Made by a program: the position numbers and the translations under genes
Shown here: positions 1 to 8,687 of the stretch, piece after piece
How the letters are laid out: each line of letters opens with the position of its first letter
Numbering within the stretch: the stretch's first letter is position 1
The notes under the pieces: model-generated
Told to the model about the DNA's origin: nothing
The model's input: only the letters and a program-made list of their open reading frames with translations
Database searches by the model: none
Assembly (NCBI GenBank): GCA_919901555.1
Contig: CAKKPG010000132.1
Span: 13,957 to 77,956 of the forward strand
Reading direction: 5' to 3'
Source: Nitrospiria bacterium
Lineage (GTDB): Bacteria; Nitrospirota; UBA9217
DNA: 64,000 nt

Positions 1-2148
1 CGGTTCTTTCACCACGATCACCTTGAACACGCCGGAATCCGCGAGCATGCCCTGGTTCATTGCCTTGAGGACCACGGACGCGGATACTGCGTACGGTTTT
101 GCGGCCTTGGCAACGACGGATTGGAGTGAGCCCTCGCCGGGTTTCCCTGCCTTCACCTTCCTTGCCGCAGCGGTGATGTCCTTGGCTTTCAACGCCTTTG
201 TCTTATTGACTGCCGCGGAAATATCGGAAGCGATCTCAACACCGTCCCTGGCCTCGCCGGCAGCGCTCTGCGCCTGGCCAAAGGCCTTGACCATGCCGTA
301 GGTATTCACAATGGTCCCCTGCTTTTCATACAGCGCGGCCATCGGAAGCACGAGGTCGGCCTTTTGTGCAAGGGGCGTCAGGTGGCTCGTCTGGACAATG
401 ATGAAATCCGACTTGAAATCCGAATCAGGCACATTCCCCGCGATGTAGAGCGCCTTCATGCCGGACTTCATATCGACATAGCCTTTGCCGGCCTTTTTGA
501 CCTTGGCATGTCCCGGCTCCCTGTCGGAAACGCAGCCCATCTGGATCGCGCCGAGGCTGTTCGCTTCGAGCATGAGCGGCAGAACGCCGGCGCTCCTGAG
601 CATCGCGAGGTTCAGCGCCTGGAGCGAGGCCTCCTCGTTCGCGGAAATACCCGTTCCGATGACGACCACGGGCTGCTTGGCGGCGGCGTACGCCTTGGCC
701 GCATTCGCGATCTGCTCGGCGGTAACGCCGGAACCGGATGCGGCTTGATCAACGGTCACCAGGGACTTTTTCAGCGCATCAAGCCCCTTCGCGGCCGCCG
801 CGGCGCCCTCTGCGATCGCAGCGCTCATAAGCCCTGCAAGGAGGACCGTATCGGTCCCTTCCTTGAGTTGGAGGTGGATGGCGTTCTGATGAGAAGCGAT
901 GTCCGTCTTCTCGGGATTCACCACGATCACTTTGGCCCCTGCCTGTGCCCTTCTCCGGATCATGACATCCACTTCCTGCAGGGACTGCTTCTTCTGGGAC
1001 GCATCCGAGCCGATCACCACAACGCAGTCCGCTGACTTGAGCTCGGCCTGGGAGGCGATAGTGACGCCTGCATCGCCGTAGACCGTGTGGAGGGCTGAAA
1101 TGAGGCCGCCCGCATAGGCCGATGCCGGGGTGTCGATGTTTGCGCTTCCGACCACATCACGGGCAAGGGACTGGAGGGCGAAGGCCTCTTCGTTCGTAAG
1201 CGAGCCGGAAGCAATGAAGCCCGCGTTCGCGCCGGCCTTCCTGAGGGCGTCACCCGCGATCTTTGCCGCATCGTCCCAGGTGGTCGGCACGAGCTTGCCG
1301 CCCTGCTTCTTCATGGGCGCGGTGACGCGGTTTGCGGATTTTAAGGAATCGAAGCCGAACCGGCCGATGGCGCAGATATAGCCGTTGTCTTCTTTTGCAT
1401 TCACCTTCACGATGCGGCCGTCCTTCTTGCTCACGACAACGCTGCAGCCCGATGCGCAGGCGGTACAGACCGACTCATGCTTCTCCAGGTCCCATTCCCG
1501 GCCGTGCTGCCAGCGGTCGCGCTCCATGATGGTGTTCACCGGGCAGGCATCGATGCAGGACCCGCAGAAAGTGCAGCCGGACTCGTGGAGCGGCTTGTCG
1601 AGCGCCGTCGAGACCTTGGTCGTGATGCCGCGGCCCATAAAGTCGAGCACGTTCGTACCCTGCTCCTTGCAGACCCGCACGCACCGGCCGCAGAGGATGC
1701 AGTAGTTGTTGTCGATGGTGATGAAGGGGCTCTTATCGTTCAGCTCATAATTGAAGCTCTTCCTGCCGAAGGACGATTCCTGTATCTTTAAGTCCGCGGC
1801 GTATCGCTGGAGGTCGCAAGCGCCGGCCTTGGGGCAGGTCATGCAGTCCAGGGGATGGAAGGAGAGGACCAGATCGGTCACGAATTTCCGGATCTCCTCC
1901 ACCTTCGGCGTTCTGGTCTGGACCTTCATCCCTTCCTTTGTCCGGGTGGTGCAGCCGGTGACGGGCGTCTTCATGCCCTCCACCTCCACCATGCACATGC
2001 GGCAGGCGCCCACGCCGCGCAGTTCCTTGATGTGGCAAAGGTTCGGGATGTGGACCCCCACGGCGGCGCCCGCATCCACGAGGGTCATGCCCTCGGGAAC
2101 GGACACGGCCTTCCCGTCAAATTCCATGTTCACCATCTTGGTCGTCAT
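1..2148 (-). CDS. NuoG/FdhA-like Fe-S molybdopterin-oxidoreductase-family subunit (75-kDa-subunit-like), partial; runs off the window start (C-terminus missing)
   Basis: Manual reverse translation from the ATG at 2146-2148: MTTKMVNMEFDGKAVSVPEGMTLVDAGA..CHIKELRGVGACRMCMVEV (2Fe-2S), HPLDCMTCPKAGAC (His-ligated 4Fe-4S), CILCGRCVRVC and CTFCGSCIDACP (2x 4Fe-4S), then CTACASGC..DNGYICAIGRFG (MopB N-terminal 4Fe-4S). No [FeFe]-hydrogenase H-cluster motifs seen. Not in the ORF track because it has no stop inside the window. Confidence 0.8.
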   Translation of the reverse strand, partial: MTTKMVNMEFDGKAVSVPEGMTLVDAGAAVGVHIPNLCHIKELRGVGACRMCMVEVEGMKTPVTGCTTRTKEGMKVQTRTPKVEEIRKFVTDLVLSFHPLDCMTCPKAGACDLQRYAADLKIQESSFGRKSFNYELNDKSPFITIDNNYCILCGRCVRVCKEQGTNVLDFMGRGITTKVSTALDKPLHESGCTFCGSCIDACPVNTIMERDRWQHGREWDLEKHESVCTACASGCSVVVSKKDGRIVKVNAKEDNGYICAIGRFGFDSLKSANRVTAPMKKQGGKLVPTTWDDAAKIAGDALRKAGANAGFIASGSLTNEEAFALQSLARDVVGSANIDTPASAYAGGLISALHTVYGDAGVTIASQAELKSADCVVVIGSDASQKKQSLQEVDVMIRRRAQAGAKVIVVNPEKTDIASHQNAIHLQLKEGTDTVLLAGLMSAAIAEGAAAAAKGLDALKKSLVTVDQAASGSGVTAEQIANAAKAYAAAKQPVVVIGTGISANEEASLQALNLAMLRSAGVLPLMLEANSLGAIQMGCVSDREPGHAKVKKAGKGYVDMKSGMKALYIAGNVPDSDFKSDFIIVQTSHLTPLAQKADLVLPMAALYEKQGTIVNTYGMVKAFGQAQSAAGEARDGVEIASDISAAVNKTKALKAKDITAAARKVKAGKPGEGSLQSVVAKAAKPYAVSASVVLKAMNQGMLADSGVFKVIVVKEP

Positions 2149-2158
2149 AGCAGCCTCC

Positions 2159-2245
2159 GAAAATTCTCGTACGGAATTGGAAATTTCAAATCGGAAATTG
2201 TAAATTTAAAATTTGATATTTACAATTTGCAATTTACAATGAAGT
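2159..2245. repeat. ~85% A+T tract made of repeated AAATTT / CAATTT(G/A) units, immediately upstream of the NuoG-like start codon inside a GC-rich operon
   Basis: Sequence reads ggaaatttcaaatcggaaattgtaaatttaaaatttgatatttacaatttgcaatttacaatg; flanking DNA is >60% GC. Confidence 0.6.
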
Positions 2246-2248
2246 CTT

Positions 2249-2815
2249 TTATTTGCCCGCCCCCACTACCGCCTGCTCTTCCACGATGAACACCGCGCCT
2301 ACGGGGCAGACCTTGACGCATTCGCCGCAGTGGGTGCAGCGGCGCTGCCGGATGCGGTAGGGCGTAAAGCCGGTCTTATAGGGCTCTTTCTTCTGGCCCT
2401 CGATGGCGAAGTCCTTGCACGCTTCGCGGCACTTGTCGCACATGGTGCAGAGCGTCGGGTTGATCTCGTACCTCACCAGATAGGCGCACTCGCGGCTCGT
2501 GCAGACGCCCTTGATGTGCCGTTCGAGGTCCGCTGCGTGGTCCTTCAGAAACGCCGCGAGGATGTCGGCGTGGTCCTTGCCCTTCTTGCACATGCCGCCG
2601 TCCTTCACGTCCTCGGCGATGCGCCTGAGGAGCGCAATGTGCTTCTCCTCGCCCCTGCCCGCCTGGATCGCCTCGAAGATCTTGACGGCATCGTAGATGC
2701 CGAGCTTGCAGGGGTGGCACTTGGAGCACATGCCGTTCTTGGAATCGTCGTTGTAGAAGAACTCCAGCCTGGCCTTCGTGATGCTGACCGGGCACTTACT
2801 TTCTTGCTGCGACAT
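2249..2815 (-). CDS. Small ferredoxin-like Fe-S protein (Cys-rich N-terminus plus C-terminal CxxCxxCxxxCP 4Fe-4S motif)
   Basis: 188-aa ORF with CTHCGECVKVCPVGAV plus CDKCREAC and CPVS..CSKCHPC; overlaps the NuoF-like stop by ~20 nt, so it is co-transcribed with the flanking oxidoreductase genes. Confidence 0.6.
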   Translation of the reverse strand: MSQQESKCPVSITKARLEFFYNDDSKNGMCSKCHPCKLGIYDAVKIFEAIQAGRGEEKHIALLRRIAEDVKDGGMCKKGKDHADILAAFLKDHAADLERHIKGVCTSRECAYLVRYEINPTLCTMCDKCREACKDFAIEGQKKEPYKTGFTPYRIRQRRCTHCGECVKVCPVGAVFIVEEQAVVGAGK

Positions 2816-4694
2816 GGGCCCCTCCTTTTTCGATCACGACGGCCTCCGTGGGGCAGACGCTGTAGCACGCCTTGCACTTGGTGCAGTAGTCCTGGTCGAT
2901 ATAGAACCGGTCCCTGAGCTCCACCACGGCGTCGAAGGCGCAGGCCTGCTTGCACAGGCCGCAGAGAATGCAGTGCTCGGGCAATATCCTGTACGACCCC
3001 AGCCCCTGGCAGCGCTTGGCGCGGCAGTACTTGTCGTTCACGTGCTCCTCGTATTCCTCACGGAAGTACCGGATGGTCGAGAGCACGGGGTTCGGCGCGC
3101 TGTTGCCCAGACCGCAGAGCGAGCCGGCCACGACGGCCTTGCCCAGCTTTTCGAGCCGCTCGATATCGCCTTCTTCTCCCCCGCCCGAAGTGATCTTTTC
3201 GAGCAGTTCATACATCTGCCACGTGCCGATGCGGCAGGGCGGACACTTTCCGCAGGACTCGCTCTTGGTGAAGGACAGGAAGAACTTGGCCACGTCCACC
3301 ATGCAGTCGTCCTCATCGAGGACCACCAAGCCGCCGGAGCCCATCATCGACCCTACGCCGGCAAGCGTGTCGAAGTCAACCTTCATATCGAGGAACTGGG
3401 CAGGGATACAGCCGCCCGAAGGGCCGCCGGTCTGGACCGCCTTGAACTGCCTTTCGGGGTTCAGCATGCCGCCGCCGATGTCGAAGATGATCTCCCGGAG
3501 CGTGATGCCCATGGGCACCTCGATGAGCCCCGTGTTCTTGATTTTTCCCGTAAGGGCGAAGACCTTGGTACCCTTTGATTTTTCCGTCCCGATCTTCGTA
3601 TAGTAGTCCAGGCCCTTCGTGATGATCGTCGGAACGTTTGCAAAGGTCTCGACGTTGTTGAGGTTCGTCGGCATGTTCCAGAGGCCGCCCGCCGCTTCGG
3701 AGAGACGCGGAGGACGGGGACGCGGCATGCCGCGCTCGCCCTCGAGGGAGGCCACGAGCGCCGTGGACTCGCCGCACACGAAGGCGCCGGCGCCTTCCTT
3801 GATCTCCACGGTGAAATCGAGGCCGCTGCCCAGGATGTTCCTGCCCAGGAGCCCCATGGCCTCGGCCTGCTTGATGGCGACGCCGAGGTTCTTCACGGCA
3901 AGGGGATACTCATGCCGCACGTAGATATAGCCGTATTGCGCGCCGATGGCATAGGCATTGATGAGCATGCCCTCGAGCACGGAGTGGGGGTCGCCTTCCA
4001 TGACCGAGCGGTCCATGAACGCGCCCGGATCGCCCTCGTCGCCGTTGCAGACGACGGCCTTGATTTTGGCGCCCGATTTTTTGGTGTGCTCCCACTTGAG
4101 CCCGGCAGGGAAGCCCGCGCCGCCGCGGCCGCGGAGGCCCGACTTCTTGACGAGCTCGATGACCTCGTCGGGCTTCATGTCGGTAATGACCTTGGCGAGG
4201 CCGGCATAGCCGTCCTCGCGGATCGCGTCGTAGATATTGCAGGGATCGACAACCCCGTTCCGGTGGAGCGCCACGCGCCGCTGCTTTTTATAGAAGGGAA
4301 TGTCCTTCATCGCGACATTCGGGTCGGACATCGGAAACTCGCGGTAGAGCTGCTTGCGGTAGGGTATGCCGCGGATCACGGAATCGGAGAACAGGCCGGA
4401 CACATCGTGCACCTTCACCTTCTGGTAAAAGATCTCCTGCGGGTCCTGGATCACGAGGGGACCGCGCTGGCAGAACCCCTGACAGCCGGTCTTCACGATC
4501 TCGAGCTTGACCTGCTTCTGCGCCGCCTCTTCCTCGAACTTCCGGATCAGCTTGTGTGAGCCCGAGGCCTGGCAGGCGGTGCCGCAGCAGACGCGGACGC
4601 GATAGGCATCGCTCTCCTTATGCTCCTTCTGGAGCTTCCGCCTCAGGGCATCCAGGTCTTTTACATTCTCCAGCCGCTTAAACGTGAGTTCCAT
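2796..4694 (-). CDS. NuoF-like NAD(H)-binding flavoprotein subunit (HndC/HydB/FdhB-type) with N-terminal thioredoxin-like 2Fe-2S domain and C-terminal 2x[4Fe-4S] ferredoxin domain
   Basis: 632 aa; GRGGAGFPAGLKW (NADH/FMN site), ESCGKCPPCRIG (4Fe-4S), C-terminal CILCGLCKQAC / CTKCKACYSVCP, N-terminal VCCGTAC..C.GFC. Confidence 0.85.
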   Translation of the reverse strand: MELTFKRLENVKDLDALRRKLQKEHKESDAYRVRVCCGTACQASGSHKLIRKFEEEAAQKQVKLEIVKTGCQGFCQRGPLVIQDPQEIFYQKVKVHDVSGLFSDSVIRGIPYRKQLYREFPMSDPNVAMKDIPFYKKQRRVALHRNGVVDPCNIYDAIREDGYAGLAKVITDMKPDEVIELVKKSGLRGRGGAGFPAGLKWEHTKKSGAKIKAVVCNGDEGDPGAFMDRSVMEGDPHSVLEGMLINAYAIGAQYGYIYVRHEYPLAVKNLGVAIKQAEAMGLLGRNILGSGLDFTVEIKEGAGAFVCGESTALVASLEGERGMPRPRPPRLSEAAGGLWNMPTNLNNVETFANVPTIITKGLDYYTKIGTEKSKGTKVFALTGKIKNTGLIEVPMGITLREIIFDIGGGMLNPERQFKAVQTGGPSGGCIPAQFLDMKVDFDTLAGVGSMMGSGGLVVLDEDDCMVDVAKFFLSFTKSESCGKCPPCRIGTWQMYELLEKITSGGGEEGDIERLEKLGKAVVAGSLCGLGNSAPNPVLSTIRYFREEYEEHVNDKYCRAKRCQGLGSYRILPEHCILCGLCKQACAFDAVVELRDRFYIDQDYCTKCKACYSVCPTEAVVIEKGGAHVAARK

Positions 4695-5166
4695 GTTCGC
4701 TCCTCACCGTGAGAATGATATCGTCCACCATTTTCGGCGTCAGCTCGCCGAAGAGCTCCTGGTCGTTCACGGTGACCACCGGCGCCAGGGCGCAGCACCC
4801 GACGCACCCCACGGTCTCAAGGGTGACGGACAGATCGGGCGTGGTCTCGCCTTCTTTGATACCCAGCTTTTGCTCCATCTCCGTGAGCACTGCCCTGGCG
4901 CCGCGCACGTGGCACGCAGTGCCCATGCAGACCTTGACGATGTTTTTGCCCCGGGGCTTGAAATGGAAGTGCTTGTAGAACGACGCCACGCCGTACACCT
5001 GCGAGAGGGAGAGCGACAGCCGGTCGGCGATCATGCCCATGGCGTCCTCGGGGAGGTAGCCGACCTTTTCCTGGACCCGCTGGAGCACGGTAATAAGGAC
5101 TCCCCGCTTACCCTCGGCATCGTCCAGAACGGTATCAATCTTTTTGACCTCTTCTTGTTGAAGCAC
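4678..5166 (-). CDS. NuoE-like 24-kDa 2Fe-2S subunit (HndA-type); start reassigned to a GTG 8 nt after a GAGGAGG Shine-Dalgarno sequence
   Basis: C-terminal part of the 262-aa ORF carries CMGTACHVRGA..CVGCCALAPV. The N-terminal 100 aa of the ORF are low-complexity and probably not translated; a GAGGAGG-N8-GTG (VLQQEEVKKIDTV) start fits. Overlaps the NuoF-like start. Confidence 0.7.
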   Translation of the reverse strand: MLQQEEVKKIDTVLDDAEGKRGVLITVLQRVQEKVGYLPEDAMGMIADRLSLSLSQVYGVASFYKHFHFKPRGKNIVKVCMGTACHVRGARAVLTEMEQKLGIKEGETTPDLSVTLETVGCVGCCALAPVVTVNDQELFGELTPKMVDDIILTVRSEHGTHV

Positions 5167-5693
5167 CGGCAACCTCCTCGATCTCGCTCCCCGGAAAAAA
5201 ACGGGATCCCGACCCCCCGGGGAATAAACAGTGTTTTTAAAGTGATGGAATGGACTTGACCGGACCAGAAAGGCTGTCAGAGCCGCAATCCCGAGCATCC
5301 GCTGCTGCCGTACGAGGCAGTCAGCAGCGTTACCGATCCACCAAAAAGCGCGCTGCCAAAATACACGGCAGGTCCGGAAATGCACTTGATTATGAAAGCG
5401 ATTGCGATTGAATATTAACCAGTAAAGATTAAAAATGCAAGCCAAAAAGTTATTAAAAATTTTCATGTAAAAATTACTATTATCTATTTCGGTAACGCCT
5501 GTTTACCGGGCCAATACATCTGCTTCTCGCCGGAATGCCCGCCATACCGCCCCGGTTCACTCATCACTTCGCCGTATCATCGCCCTTCTTCCCCTTTTTG
5601 CCCGACCGACCGCCCTCGCCCGGTCGCGGACCTTCGGGACTGACCGGCATTTTTCGCAGGGAATACCCCGGCTCGGGGCGCGGACTCGCAAAT

Positions 5694-5722
5694 TTGACAG
5701 CCTGATGCATGCCTGCTATTAT
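5694..5722 (+). promoter_or_regulatory. Sigma70-like promoter candidate for glgC (TTGACA-17 nt-TATTAT)
   Basis: ttgacagcctgatgcatgcctgctattat about 50 nt upstream of the glgC ATG; seen in sequence only. Confidence 0.4.
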
Positions 5723-5769
5723 TATATTATTCGACCACTGAAAAACCCACAACGCAGCAAGGAGACAGC

Positions 5770-7020
5770 ATGGGCATCCTGGCAATGATACTTGCGGGCG
5801 GCAAGGGAGAACGCCTCCATCCCCTCACGCTCCATCGGGCAAAGCCCGCCGTCCCCTTCGGCGGCATCTACCGGATCATCGACTTTACCCTGTCCAACTG
5901 CATCAACTCCGGCATCCGCAAGATCGCGGTCCTCACCCAGTACAAGTCCATGTCCCTGGACAAGCACCTCCGCCTCGGGTGGAACTTCTTCTCCGGCGAG
6001 TTGAACGAGTACATCATCTCCGTCCCGCCCCAGCAGCGCGTCGGGGACAAATGGTACCAGGGCACGGCCGATGCCATCTACCAGAACATCTACATGATAG
6101 AAAAGGACGCGCCGGACCATCTCATGATCCTCGCCGGCGACCACGTCTACAAGATGGACTACGCGGAGATGTTCAGGTTCCACCGCGAGCAGCGGGCCGA
6201 CGCCACCGTGGCCGCCATCGAAGTGCCCGTCGCGCAGGCCTCTGCCTTCGGGATCATCGAGGTAGAGGAGGACTGCCGGATCATCGGCTTCGAGGAAAAG
6301 CCAAAAAAGCCGAAGTCCATCCCGGGCAGGCCGGACATGGCGTTCGCGTCCATGGGCATCTACCTCTTCAACACCCGGAAGATACTGGAACACCTCCGGT
6401 TCGACGCCCTCAGGGACACGTCCCATGACTTCGGCAGGAACATCATCCCCGAGATGATGAAGACCGCCCGTGTCTGCGCCTACAACTTCATCGACGAGAA
6501 CAGGAAGGCGGCAAAGTACTGGCGGGACGTGGGGACCATCGACGCCTACTGGGAGGCGAACCGGGACCTGGTGAGCGTGGACCCGCTCCTGAACCTCTAC
6601 GACCGGGCCTGGCCGATCCGCACCTACCAGGCGCAGAACCCGCCGGCCAAGTTCGTCTTCGCCCAGGAGAAGAAGGGCGGCAGGCTCGGCATCGCGTTGG
6701 ACTCCATCGTGGCCCCCGGCTGCATCGTGAGCGGCGGCCGGGTGCAGAACTCGGTGCTCTCGCCCAACGTGCGCGTCAACAGCTACAGCGAGGTATATGA
6801 TTCCATCCTGATGGAGAACGTGGACATCGGCAGGCACTGCCGGATCAAGCGGGCGATCATCGACAAGGACGTCACGATCCCGCCGGGGACCGAGATCGGC
6901 TACGACCTCGACGAAGACCGTACGCGGTTCCATGTCACTCCATCGGGGATCGTGGTGATCGGGAAAGGGACCGAGCTGTGCGAGAGCGAGATGGAGCTGA
7001 CCGACGAACCCGCGGCGTGA
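5770..7020 (+). CDS. glgC: Glucose-1-phosphate adenylyltransferase
   Basis: 416 aa, MILAGGKGERLHPLT... N-terminus (E. coli GlgC LAGGRGTRLKDLT-like), left-handed beta-helix C-terminus; overall length and motif fit. Confidence 0.9.
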   Translation: MGILAMILAGGKGERLHPLTLHRAKPAVPFGGIYRIIDFTLSNCINSGIRKIAVLTQYKSMSLDKHLRLGWNFFSGELNEYIISVPPQQRVGDKWYQGTADAIYQNIYMIEKDAPDHLMILAGDHVYKMDYAEMFRFHREQRADATVAAIEVPVAQASAFGIIEVEEDCRIIGFEEKPKKPKSIPGRPDMAFASMGIYLFNTRKILEHLRFDALRDTSHDFGRNIIPEMMKTARVCAYNFIDENRKAAKYWRDVGTIDAYWEANRDLVSVDPLLNLYDRAWPIRTYQAQNPPAKFVFAQEKKGGRLGIALDSIVAPGCIVSGGRVQNSVLSPNVRVNSYSEVYDSILMENVDIGRHCRIKRAIIDKDVTIPPGTEIGYDLDEDRTRFHVTPSGIVVIGKGTELCESEMELTDEPAA

Positions 7021-7092
7021 ACAAAAATTCATGATATACCGCCGAGGACGCCGAGTTGATAAAATCAAATGAAACAGGTTTTCTCTGCGGGT

Positions 7093-7388
7093 AACATTGA
7101 TGGTCTCGTAAAAAGTCGTCATACCCGCGAAAGCGGGTATCCAGAGTCCAGTCAACCATCTGAAAAAACTGGATTCCCGTTTTCACGGGAATGACGAAAA
7201 AGGGCGGTTACGGACTTTTTACGAGACCACCAACATTGATTCATTCGTAAAAAGTTCTAAAAGCCGTCTTTGCGAGCGAAGCGAAGCAATCTCGCAGTTC
7301 ATAACCGCCTGAAAAATCGAGATTGCCGCGTCGCTCCGCTCCTCGCAATGACGGCATAAGGGGCTTTTTACGAGACCATCACATTCAA
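7093..7388. repeat. Two adjacent MITE-like palindromic elements (7093-7241 and 7242-7388) with terminal inverted repeats TGGTCTCGTAAAAAGTC / GACTTTTTACGAGACC and internal hairpins
   Basis: Left and right ends are reverse complements. Internal hairpins acccgcgaaagcgggt and ttcccgttttcacgggaa. The same TIR recurs at 50926-51058. The element abuts the nitroreductase stop codon. Confidence 0.75.
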
Positions 7389-8011
7389 CCGATCACCCTC
7401 ACGATCTCTTCCAGCGGTTTTCTGCTCCTCGCCGGCGGGTCCTCATCGGGCGCCCCCACGGGCAGGAGCGCGGCGATGTACTTTTCCTTGCCGTAGCCCA
7501 ATAACTTCTCAAAGGCCTCCTGCGCCACCAGCGGCCCCGTCATCCAGCAGGACCCGTAGCCGAGGGCGTGGATCGCCAGAAGCATGTTCTGGATCGCCGC
7601 TGAAACGCTCTGCAAACCCGGATGAGGACGGAGACGCACGGCTTCTTCCTCGCTATATCCCATCCTCATCAGTAGGCCAGTTGACACGTATGATTCCATA
7701 ACAACGGCGATCACGACCGGAGCGTTCTCGAAGAAAACATAATAATTACTCTTATATGCCGTCAGCCGCTGGGCCTGTTTCTCGCTCTCGGCATAGGGGA
7801 CCATCCGGTCCACCATCTCCCGGACAGCCTCGGCCATCTTCTTGAGAAGCGCACGGTCTTTGATGACAATAAAACTCCACGGCTGGGCATTGTTTGCGCT
7901 CGGCGCAAGCCTCCCGGCATCTAGGATTTTCCTGATGTCCTCGTCAGGAACCGGCGTCTGCTTGAACCGGCGAATACTTTTTCTGCCCTTGATAGCGTCA
8001 AAGAGGTCCAT
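7385..8011 (-). CDS. Nitroreductase-family (NAD(P)H-flavin oxidoreductase) protein
   Basis: 208 aa; MDLFDAIKGRKSIRRFKQTPVPDEDIRKILDAGRLAPSANNAQPWSFIVI is a classic nitroreductase N-terminus. Confidence 0.85.
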   Translation of the reverse strand: MDLFDAIKGRKSIRRFKQTPVPDEDIRKILDAGRLAPSANNAQPWSFIVIKDRALLKKMAEAVREMVDRMVPYAESEKQAQRLTAYKSNYYVFFENAPVVIAVVMESYVSTGLLMRMGYSEEEAVRLRPHPGLQSVSAAIQNMLLAIHALGYGSCWMTGPLVAQEAFEKLLGYGKEKYIAALLPVGAPDEDPPARSRKPLEEIVRVIG

Positions 8012-8293
8012 AGTTTATCTCACCTTCCCGATCGGGAACCCCATGCCGCTGATCGATATTGTAGGATATTGCGCCCTTTTAAAGACCTTCTCCGCAAGCG
8101 CCGGCACTTCATTATCCACGAAAAGAATATCTCACACAATCCCTAACCCGGACAAGCCGGAATTGAAAATTGAAAATTGCAAAATTGCGGTAAAAATCAA
8201 GACATTAAAGAAATATTCTTTCCATTTTTTGAGAAGAATTTGATTTTTTAGTAACTAACTCATTCCATTTTCTCCCATTATCCAGGGCCTACG

Positions 8294-8632
8294 CTAAAAC
8301 AGGCTCATTATCACGCTTATAACAACGGAGATGATAATCAACGCGATCACGATCATGGCTATCATCATCATCCAGTGCGGACCGAATCTCACACCCTGAG
8401 GCTCTGCGGGCTCAGGCGAGATCGCCTTGTCGATTCGGGCGAAAAATTCGGACTTGGACGCGAGCAGTCGTATCAGCGCGAAGGCAGGGAGCACGCTGAA
8501 TAAAAGACCGAAAGCCGCGAAGAGCCATGCGCCGCTGGATTGCTGCGCGTTGACCGCAAGAGAGACCAGGTAAAAGCAGAACGCGGCTATTGCCGCGGAT
8601 AGCCCGGCGAACATCAGATAGAAAAACGACAT
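8294..8632 (-). CDS. Small hypothetical membrane protein (3-4 TM); start moved to MSFFYLMFAGL
   Basis: Hydrophobic segments; the upstream part of the 196-aa ORF overlaps the 340-aa gene and is unlikely to be translated. Confidence 0.45.
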   Translation of the reverse strand: MSFFYLMFAGLSAAIAAFCFYLVSLAVNAQQSSGAWLFAAFGLLFSVLPAFALIRLLASKSEFFARIDKAISPEPAEPQGVRFGPHWMMMIAMIVIALIIISVVISVIMSLF

Positions 8633-8687
8633 CTTCTTCACGAGAGCCTCCTTCCAGGATGAACGACAACCGTTTGCATGGAGCTTC

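Noticed and set aside
364-1035. 223-aa plus-strand ORF (and other plus-strand ORFs at 23-301, 1385-1705, 1751-2203, 1855-2289)
   Set aside because: Antisense to the NuoG-like gene, whose minus-strand translation gives clear Fe-S motifs.
2778-4559. Plus-strand ORFs 2778..3578, 2950..3603, 3912..4559
   Set aside because: Antisense shadows of the NuoF-like gene.
5722-7155. 477-aa ORF on the minus strand
   Set aside because: Entirely antisense to the well-supported glgC gene; low-complexity Arg/Gly/Pro-rich translation typical of GC-rich shadow ORFs.
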